NCBI GenBank assembly: GCA_963845145.1
Contig: CAWJQU010000017.1
Location: forward strand, 128,001-192,000
Source of the DNA: an uncultured delta proteobacterium
Lineage (GTDB): Bacteria; Desulfobacterota; Desulfobacteria; Desulfobacterales; QNYZ01
DNA length: 64,000 nucleotides
Direction of reading: 5' to 3'
How positions within the stretch are numbered: position 1 is the stretch's first letter; each line of letters opens with the position of its first letter. Positions 20,038-27,177 of the stretch are shown here, in pieces. Position numbers and translations under genes: made by a program. Under the pieces are notes generated by a model. It was not told the DNA's origin. It saw only the letters and a program-made list of their open reading frames with translations, and ran no database searches.

Positions 20038-20682
20038 ATGAAAGCGGCATTAACGGCCAAACAGCAACAATTTCTGGACTATTTGGCGCGCGTGATTACG
20101 CGAACCGGACGGGCGCCAAGCTTGCGACAGGCGGCCGAGGATTTGTCGGTGAGCCATGCAGCGGTGGCCCAAATGATCCGGGCGCTGGAAGAAAAGGGGC
20201 ATGTACGGCGGGAAGGGCGCTACAGTCGCACGATTCATCTGCTAAATCGAGGGCGGGAAACGGCGGCGGTGCAGCGTTGGCGGGAAGTCCCCGTTGTGGG
20301 GAGGATTGCGGCCGGACTGCCTTTGTATGCCCAGCAGGAGTGGGATGGCGGGATCGTGGTGGACACGGCCCTGTTTCGGGGGGAGAACCTGTTCGCCTTG
20401 CGGATCAAAGGGGATTCCATGCAGGGGGTGGGGATTTTCGACGGCGATGTGGCTGTCTGCGAGCCACGGCAGTACGCCGAAAACGGCGAAATCGTGGCGG
20501 TTCTCATCAAGGGCGAAGAGGCCACGGTCAAGCGGTTTTTTCTTCGCAAGGACCACGTCGCCTTGCGGCCCGAAAACCCGAAGTATGAGGTGATGCGATA
20601 CGGCTTTAGCGATGTTCTGGTTCAAGGTAAGGTAATGGGTATTCAGCGGGGAAGTGATTCGGCGGCTTTCCGAAGACAATAA
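20038..20682 (+). CDS. lexA: LexA-family repressor
   Basis: N-terminal wHTH, Ala-Gly cleavage site (IAAGLP), GDSM Ser, ATVKR Lys; GGAGG RBS. Confidence 0.9.
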   Translation: MKAALTAKQQQFLDYLARVITRTGRAPSLRQAAEDLSVSHAAVAQMIRALEEKGHVRREGRYSRTIHLLNRGRETAAVQRWREVPVVGRIAAGLPLYAQQEWDGGIVVDTALFRGENLFALRIKGDSMQGVGIFDGDVAVCEPRQYAENGEIVAVLIKGEEATVKRFFLRKDHVALRPENPKYEVMRYGFSDVLVQGKVMGIQRGSDSAAFRRQ

Positions 20683-20687
20683 AACCC

Positions 20688-20777
20688 GAATAATGAATAT
20701 CGAACAAGGAACCGCAGAATGATGAGGGAGGCACTTCGACATTCGAAATTCCTTGTTCGATATTCTGCGGTTAAAAA
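20688..20777 (-). repeat. Gene-less heptad/IR element copy B
   Basis: GAATATCGAACAAGGAA...TTCCTTGTTCGATATTC between lexA and DUF72. Confidence 0.9.
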
Positions 20778-20789
20778 TAAGATATTGCC

Positions 20790-21629
20790 ATGATAGCCAT
20801 AGAAAAATGTCACCTCAGGATCGGCACCAGCGGGTATTCCTACACCGAGTGGACAGCGGCCGGGGTCTATCCCCAGGGGACGCGTTCGGCGGATATGCTT
20901 CCCTTGTACGCCCGGCGGTTTTCCGCCACCGAGTTGAATTACACCTGGTACCAGATGCCCCGGGCGCCGGCCATTGACCGGATGCGACAAAAGGTGCCGG
21001 CGGATTTTGGTTTTGCCGCCAAGCTGACCCGCACCCTGACCCACGAAATCAAATCGGAACAGTGGCGGGGAGAAGCCGCCCGCTACCGCGACGGTGTGGC
21101 CCCGTTGGTTCAGACGGGGCAGTTGCTGGCCGTGCTGATGCAATTTCCACCCGCTTTTGATCGATCGCGGAAAAACCGGATGTATCTGGCCACCCTGTTG
21201 GACGCCCTGGCCGGCCTGCCTCTGGCGGTGGAGTTCAGGAACGATTCCTGGGCTGTGGACCGGGTCTTCCATGAGCTGGAAAACCGCCGTGCGACCTTAG
21301 TGGCAGTGGACGAGCCGGAATTACCCGGGCTGTTTCCGCCCCTGGACGTGGTGACCAATCCCGATCTGTTCTATGTCCGGTTTCATGGGCGAAACACGCG
21401 CGGATGGCGCTCAGGCAATATGCAAAAACAGTTCGACTACGACTATACCGACAGCGAATTGACCGAGTGGGCCAACCAGCGGATCACCAAGATGGCAAGG
21501 CAGGCAAAAACGGGTGTCATCTTTTTCAACAACCATGTACGCGGTCAAGCCGTGGGAAACGCGGAGCGGCTTGTGGAGCTACTAAGTCAGTCAGACAGTC
21601 AACCGTTCAGCCAGCGAGATAGTGGATAG
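20790..21629 (+). CDS. DUF72 family protein
   Basis: IGTSGYSY..W, ELN.T.Y, QFPP.F, VEFR..SW, YVRFHGRN, FFNNH. Confidence 0.92.
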   Translation: MIAIEKCHLRIGTSGYSYTEWTAAGVYPQGTRSADMLPLYARRFSATELNYTWYQMPRAPAIDRMRQKVPADFGFAAKLTRTLTHEIKSEQWRGEAARYRDGVAPLVQTGQLLAVLMQFPPAFDRSRKNRMYLATLLDALAGLPLAVEFRNDSWAVDRVFHELENRRATLVAVDEPELPGLFPPLDVVTNPDLFYVRFHGRNTRGWRSGNMQKQFDYDYTDSELTEWANQRITKMARQAKTGVIFFNNHVRGQAVGNAERLVELLSQSDSQPFSQRDSG

Positions 21630-21675
21630 GGGCAACAGCATAAACCAAATTGTTGATACTCCTGCTATTAAAAAA

Positions 21676-22115
21676 AATATCGAATATCGAACAAGGAATT
21701 TCGAATGTCGAGTGAAGGGAAAACATTTGATCTTGAAAATCGTTTAATTGATTTTGCCGTTCGAATCATTCATGTGGCAGAATCTTTACCTAAAACAAAG
21801 GTTGGTAACCATATTGCAGGCCAACTTATCCGATGTGGAACATCTCCGGCACCAAATTACGGTGAAGCGCAAGGCGCTGAATCTCGACCTGACTTCATTC
21901 ATAAAATGAAAATTTGCCTTAAGGAGTTGCGCGAAACAAAAGTCTGGCTCCAGATGTTAATCCGAGCCGCCATAATAAAGTCGACATCTAAAATTGAGCC
22001 GTTAATCAATGAGAATAACCAATTAATCTCAATTTTTGTATCAAGCATAAAGACTGCCAAAGAGAATAATCAAAAATAATCATCATTCTAAATTCCTTGT
22101 TCGATATTCGATATT
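21676..22115 (+). mobile_element. Putative element (copy C): four-helix-bundle gene inside a perfect 26-bp inverted repeat
   Basis: 21676-21701 AATATCGAATATCGAACAAGGAATTT is the exact reverse complement of 22090-22115; mobility is inferred. Confidence 0.6.
21705..22079 (+). CDS. Four-helix-bundle protein (23S rRNA IVS protein family)
   Basis: DLE.RL..FA, QL.R.GTS...NY.EA..AES..DF.HK..I.LKEL.ET..WL. Confidence 0.92.
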   Translation: MSSEGKTFDLENRLIDFAVRIIHVAESLPKTKVGNHIAGQLIRCGTSPAPNYGEAQGAESRPDFIHKMKICLKELRETKVWLQMLIRAAIIKSTSKIEPLINENNQLISIFVSSIKTAKENNQK

Positions 22116-22158
22116 CTCGTTTTTAATCAATGGCGGACCAACGGGCAAACCCAAAAAA

Positions 22159-23355
22159 ATGTCTCGCTTCATCATCCATCTCAACATCGCTGATTTCGCC
22201 GCAGCGGTCGAAAGGCGAATGGATCGCCGGCTGGAAGACCGGCCGTTGATTATTGCCCAGGCGGCAGCGAGTCGGGCTGTCGTTTACGATATGAGCGAAG
22301 AGGCGTATGCCGGAGGTATCCGCAAGGGGATGCCTCTTCGCCGGGCGATGCGTAGGGTGCGCGACGCGGCGGTTTTGGCGCCTCATCCCGATCGCTATGA
22401 ACGGGCCATGGGGGCTTTGCTCAAGCGGGTGTTGCCCTATTCGCCCCTGATCGAGCAGGGTGAAGATGACGGGCACCTGTTTGTGGATGTTACGGGCACC
22501 AGCCGATTGTGGGGTCCGTCCGTGGATGTGGCCTGGCGGCTGCATCGGGAAATCCGCGCGGATTTGGGGCTGGACCCCATTTGGTCGGTGGCGGCCAATA
22601 AGCTGGTGGCCAAGGTGGCCACGCGGGTGGTGAAACCCACGGGCGAATATATCGTGGGGTCCGGCGACGAAGCCTCTTTTTTGGCGCCGCTTTCTATGGG
22701 ACTGGTTCCCGGCATCGAGGTCCGGGATATGGCCCGGTTGCGGGAATTTAATTTAACCCGAGTTCATCAGGTGGCAGCCTTGAGCTTGAATCAGCTGGAA
22801 GTACCTTTTGGCCGGCAGGCCCAATTTCTCTACGAGGCGGTGCGGGGAATTGATTCATCGCCGGTACGATCGGTCAATCGGCGGCCGCCCCGGGCGGTGG
22901 CCGATCATACGTTTGATGACGACACCAATGAGCGATCGGTCCTTGAAGGTGTTTTGTATGCGTTAACGGAAGAAATAGCTGCCGGTTTGCGCCGCCGGCG
23001 CCTGGCCACCCGCCGGATTCGTCTCGTGCTCGACCATTCGGATGGTGTGCGACGGCTTCGGCAAAAGGCCTTTTTATCGGCCACGGCCAATGACCTGGTA
23101 CTTTTTGAAATGGTCCGATCTGTTTTCCACCAGGCCTGGAAACGGCGGGTGCGGATTCGGCATCTGCGCCTGATCTGCGACCGGCTGTTGTTTCCCCCGG
23201 CCCAGATCCCCCTGTTTGAGACGGACCGCAACGCGATGGAAAGGCGTAATAACCTGATCGATACGCTTGACCGTATTCGTGGCCGTTTCGGGCATGATGC
23301 GGTTCGGTTTGCGCGTTGGCCGGCTTTCGGCGGATTGGCCGCCTGTGGTGATTGA
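22159..23355 (+). CDS. imuB: Y-family polymerase-like protein, probably inactive (ImuB-like)
   Basis: DinB-like motifs but HLNIADF replaces HxDxDxF and there is no SIDE; clamp motif QIPLF; upstream of dnaE2. Confidence 0.8.
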   Translation: MSRFIIHLNIADFAAAVERRMDRRLEDRPLIIAQAAASRAVVYDMSEEAYAGGIRKGMPLRRAMRRVRDAAVLAPHPDRYERAMGALLKRVLPYSPLIEQGEDDGHLFVDVTGTSRLWGPSVDVAWRLHREIRADLGLDPIWSVAANKLVAKVATRVVKPTGEYIVGSGDEASFLAPLSMGLVPGIEVRDMARLREFNLTRVHQVAALSLNQLEVPFGRQAQFLYEAVRGIDSSPVRSVNRRPPRAVADHTFDDDTNERSVLEGVLYALTEEIAAGLRRRRLATRRIRLVLDHSDGVRRLRQKAFLSATANDLVLFEMVRSVFHQAWKRRVRIRHLRLICDRLLFPPAQIPLFETDRNAMERRNNLIDTLDRIRGRFGHDAVRFARWPAFGGLAACGD

Positions 23356-23373
23356 TTGAAAATATGAAAGAAC

Positions 23374-23465
23374 GAATATCGAATATCGAACAAGGAACCG
23401 CAGAATGACGAAGGAGGCACTTGGACATTCGAAATTCCTTGTTCGATATTCTGCGGTTAAAAAAA
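23374..23465 (-). repeat. Gene-less heptad/IR element copy D
   Basis: Near-identical to copy B. Confidence 0.9.
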
Positions 23466-23509
23466 GACCCGGATAGCAGACAAACGGATCAACCGGCAAA
23501 CCGATTTTT

Positions 23510-23587
23510 ATGATCCCTCTAACCGTCAGATCGCATTACTCTCTCATGTGGGAATGCTTTCGGCAGAAAAAACGTCCGTTTGTTTGA
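23510..23587 (+). pseudogene. Truncated duplicate of the dnaE2 5' end
   Basis: MIPLTVRSHYSLMW vs MIPLITRSHYSLMW at 23810; stop after 25 codons. Confidence 0.8.
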
Positions 23588-23653
23588 GGCTGAAGGTCAA
23601 TCAATGGAGGGCAGTAGCCTGATTGATGCGATTGATTTAAGACATAAAAGAGC

Positions 23654-23767
23654 GAATATCGAATATCGAACCCTCCACAATTACGGTGGACAGGCATGGA
23701 ACCGCAGAATGATGAGGGGCACTTCGACATTCGAAATTCCTTGTTCAATATTCTGCGGTTAAAAAAA
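23654..23767 (-). repeat. Gene-less heptad/IR element copy E, with 24-nt insert at 23671-23694
   Basis: Near-identical to copy B apart from the insert. Confidence 0.9.
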
Positions 23768-23809
23768 GATCCGGATAGCAGACTACGGACCAACCGGCAA
23801 ACCGATTTT

Positions 23810-26800
23810 ATGATCCCTCTAATCACCAGATCGCATTATTCCCTCATGTGGGGCACCGCTTCGGTAAAGCGGTTGTGCCGCCATGCGGCGGCGTTGGGTT
23901 ACGACCGCCTGGCGCTGACCGACACGGACAACCTTTACGGATTGTGGCCGTTTTTGGAAGCTTGCCGTCAGGAAGGGATTCGACCCATCGTGGGGGCGGA
24001 AGTAACCGATCCCAACCATCGGCATCGGGCCGTTTGCCTGGTGGAGAACGATGCCGGTTATGCCAACCTCTGCCGGTTGCTGACCCGTCGACATCTGGAT
24101 GACGCGTTTGATTTGAAAACATCCCTGCCTGATCTGTCACAAGGACTCACCGTGCTGACCGGCAGTCCCGATCTGATGGCTGCATGGCACACCGCCGACG
24201 TCCGGGTAATGGCCGCCATGCCGCGCAGAGCACTGCCGTCGAGGCATCGTTTGCGCCAAACGGCGGAAGTACTGGGCGTACCCTTAGTGGCGGTACCGGG
24301 TAGTTTCTTTCTTGATCCGGAGGATATCACCGTTCATCGGATGCTACGGGCTATCGACCTCAACACAGCCCTCTCTTGTCTGAAATCCACGAATGCGGCA
24401 CCGTCCGACGCCTGGCTGGCAGGGCCGGATGTGTATGCCCGCCGATTCGCTACCTGTCCTGTGGCGTTACAGGCCACCGAGGCGATTGCCGAACGGCTCG
24501 AATTCACCGGGCCCTCATTTGGGATGGTGATGCCACCCTGGCATCATGCGGACGGACGGGATGCGGATGTGCATTTACGTGCGGCGGCCTATGTCGGGGC
24601 CCGGAAACGGTACGGGGGCGAATTGTCCGAACCGGTGGTGGAACGGTTGGCCCATGAACTTGGGATTATTGCCAAGATGGGGTTTAGCGCCTATTTCCTC
24701 GTTGTTCAGTCGATTATTGAGAATAGTCCGCGCATCTGCGGGCGTGGTTCCGGGGCCGCATCTCTGGTGGCCTACTGCTTGGGAATTACCAACGTGTGTC
24801 CTTTGAAGCACAACCTCTATTTCGAACGGTTCCTGAACCCCGGCCGTTCGGACCCGCCCGATATCGATGTCGATTTTGCCTGGGACGAGCGGGATGACGT
24901 TCAGACGGCGGTTTTCGAAACGTATCGGGGACACGCCGCCATGGTTTCCAACCATGTCACCTTTAAGCCCCGCATGGCCGTACGGGAGGTGGCCAAAGTA
25001 TTCGGGTTGACCGATTCCGAAATCGGCCGCATCTCCAAGCGGATGCCGTGGTTCTGGCGGCGCAGCCGAGCCGACTCGGATATGCTGGACTCCTTGAAGA
25101 AGTTGCCCGAAATGAGAGGGCTGGACTTTGCCCCGCCCTGGCCGGAGATAATGGCAATAGCCCAGCGAATCATCGGCACGCCAAGGTATTTATCCGTGCA
25201 CTCAGGCGGCGTGGTAATCACGCCCGAGCCCATTGATCGGTATGTCCCCGTGGAACGGGCGACAAAGGGCGTACCCGTCATTCAATGGGAAAAGGATGCT
25301 ACGGAAGCGGCCGGGTTGGTCAAGATCGATCTTCTCGGCAATCGCAGCCTGGGGGTGATTCGGGATGCGGTAAAGAATGTCGGCCAAAACGGCGTGCCCT
25401 TTGATGAAACCACCTGGGAGCCGGAGGATGATTTTTCGACCCAGGAGGCCGTCGCCCAGGGGCGGACCATGGGGTGCTTTTACATTGAAAGCCCGGCCAT
25501 GCGCCAACTCCAGCAAAAGGCCGCGGTGGGAGATTTTGAACACCTGGTGATCCACAGCAGCATTATTCGTCCGGCGGCCAACGATTTTATTCGGGAGTAC
25601 ATCCGACGGCTCCATGGCGGCGAGTGGGCGCCCATTCATCCTTTTTTAGCCGATGTCCTTGATGAGACCTTTGGCATCATGGTCTACCAGGAGGATGTTT
25701 CCCGAGCGGCCGTGGCCGTGGCCGGGTTTTCCCATGCCGATGCCGACGGTCTGCGGAAAATCATGTCTAAAAAAGACAAAGTGCGCCAGTTGCGTGATTA
25801 CTATGCGCAATTCCGTAAGGGGGCCAGCCGACGCGGCGTGGATGCGGACAGTATTGCATCCATATGGACCATGATGATGAGCTTTGACGGGTATTCGTTT
25901 TGCAAACCCCACAGCGCGTCCTACGCCCGGGTCTCTTTCCAGGCGGCATATCTGAAGGTCCATCACCCGGCCGAATTCATGGCGGCGGTGATCAGCAATC
26001 AGGGCGGTTATTACAGCACTTTTGCGTATGTGTCCGAAGCGCGACGTATGGGATTGGCCATTCAGCCCCCGGATGTCGGTCATAGCCGGATACGCTGGAC
26101 GGGCGAGGGTAAAAGGATTCGGGTGGGCCTGATGAGCATTAAGGGGTTGTCGGGGCGTACCATGCGCCGGATCGTTGCAGAGCAAGGCCGGCGAACGTTT
26201 GTCCACATCGATGATTTTTTGAAACGGGGGCGGCCGGATGAAGCGGAAGCCAGGGCATTGATCCATGCCGGGGCTCTGGATGGTTTGCGACCCGGCGCGT
26301 CACGGGCGACCTTGCTTTGGGATCTAACCCGGTGGGAAAAGGCCCGGGCCAAGAAAAAGGGACCGGCTTCGTTATTTAGCGACGAACCGTTGCCGCAAGC
26401 ACCACCCCTGCCGCCGGAAACCGAATTGGATCGCCTTGGCCGGGAATTCGATGTCCTCGGGTTTTTGTGCGATCGTCACCCCATGACCCTGTACCGGCCG
26501 GGTTTGAGCGGCCGCCGGATCGTCCGCGTTGACCAGATGCCCCGTTATCTGCATCGGCGGGTGACCCTTGCCGGATGGCTGGTCACCGGTAAGCAGGTTC
26601 GTACCAAACACGGTGACCCTATGGAATTCCTGACCTTTGAAGACGAAACCGGTATGGTGGAAACCACCTTTTTCCCAGATGCCTACCATCGCTATTGCCA
26701 CATGATCGGCCGGGGGCGGCCGTATCTATTGACGGGAAAGGTCGAGCAGGACTGGGGCGTTTGTACGCTGAATGTTATGAAAGTGATAGCCTTGAATGGC

Positions 26801-26812
26801 CCATATGGATAA
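23810..26812 (+). CDS. dnaE2: Error-prone DNA polymerase III alpha (DnaE2/ImuC-like)
   Basis: PHP N-terminus (RSHYS, ALTD), GRGSGA.SLV.Y.LGIT, PPDIDVDF, KIDLLG, OB-fold C-terminus; lexA-imuB context. Confidence 0.88.
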   Translation: MIPLITRSHYSLMWGTASVKRLCRHAAALGYDRLALTDTDNLYGLWPFLEACRQEGIRPIVGAEVTDPNHRHRAVCLVENDAGYANLCRLLTRRHLDDAFDLKTSLPDLSQGLTVLTGSPDLMAAWHTADVRVMAAMPRRALPSRHRLRQTAEVLGVPLVAVPGSFFLDPEDITVHRMLRAIDLNTALSCLKSTNAAPSDAWLAGPDVYARRFATCPVALQATEAIAERLEFTGPSFGMVMPPWHHADGRDADVHLRAAAYVGARKRYGGELSEPVVERLAHELGIIAKMGFSAYFLVVQSIIENSPRICGRGSGAASLVAYCLGITNVCPLKHNLYFERFLNPGRSDPPDIDVDFAWDERDDVQTAVFETYRGHAAMVSNHVTFKPRMAVREVAKVFGLTDSEIGRISKRMPWFWRRSRADSDMLDSLKKLPEMRGLDFAPPWPEIMAIAQRIIGTPRYLSVHSGGVVITPEPIDRYVPVERATKGVPVIQWEKDATEAAGLVKIDLLGNRSLGVIRDAVKNVGQNGVPFDETTWEPEDDFSTQEAVAQGRTMGCFYIESPAMRQLQQKAAVGDFEHLVIHSSIIRPAANDFIREYIRRLHGGEWAPIHPFLADVLDETFGIMVYQEDVSRAAVAVAGFSHADADGLRKIMSKKDKVRQLRDYYAQFRKGASRRGVDADSIASIWTMMMSFDGYSFCKPHSASYARVSFQAAYLKVHHPAEFMAAVISNQGGYYSTFAYVSEARRMGLAIQPPDVGHSRIRWTGEGKRIRVGLMSIKGLSGRTMRRIVAEQGRRTFVHIDDFLKRGRPDEAEARALIHAGALDGLRPGASRATLLWDLTRWEKARAKKKGPASLFSDEPLPQAPPLPPETELDRLGREFDVLGFLCDRHPMTLYRPGLSGRRIVRVDQMPRYLHRRVTLAGWLVTGKQVRTKHGDPMEFLTFEDETGMVETTFFPDAYHRYCHMIGRGRPYLLTGKVEQDWGVCTLNVMKVIALNGPYG

Positions 26813-26859
26813 TCGTGAAAATGAATGATTGCGTTCAATTTTGGATGGGGATATTAAAT

Positions 26860-26894
26860 CCGTTTGCCCGTTTGCCCGTTTGCCCGTTTGCCCG
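26860..26894 (+). repeat. Tandem octamer (GTTTGCCC)x4
   Basis: Read directly; inverted partner at 27101-27140. Confidence 0.9.
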
Positions 26895-26944
26895 CCGGTC
26901 GGGCGGTCGGGCCGTATGAAAATTGAATGAAAACACGGAAAAGC

Positions 26945-27066
26945 GAATATCGAATATCGAACAAGGAACCGCAGAATGATGAGGGAGACACTTCGACATT
27001 CGAAATTTGATATTCCTTGCCTGTCCGCCGTAGCTGTGGAGGATTCGATGTTCTGCGGTTTAAAAA
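26945..27066 (-). repeat. Gene-less heptad/IR element copy F, with 24-nt insert at 27020-27043
   Basis: Matches copy B with one extra heptad and the insert. Confidence 0.9.
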
Positions 27067-27100
27067 GGAACGGCTACTCCGCCACAGGCGCACCACTGGC

Positions 27101-27140
27101 GGGCAAACCGGTAAACCGGCAAACGGACTAACCGGTAAAC
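27101..27140 (+). repeat. Degenerate octamer tract (GGGCAAAC/CGGTAAAC type) x5
   Basis: Reverse-complement family of 26860-26894. Confidence 0.8.
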
Positions 27141-27177
27141 AAAAAAGAGACTGAAAATGATCACCAGGAAAAAGAAT

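Noticed and set aside
21705..22079. Four-helix gene read as the Avd of a diversity-generating retroelement
   Set aside because: No reverse transcriptase or TR/VR pair in the window; the dnaE2 duplicate differences are not adenine-specific.
23696..23809. 38-aa N-terminal extension of DnaE2 in the ORF track
   Set aside because: It is translated repeat sequence; the PHP domain and the duplicated start point to ATG 23810.
11643..27066. Repeat family read as a CRISPR array
   Set aside because: Copies are dispersed between genes, about 90-120 bp long, with no regular unique spacers and no cas genes.
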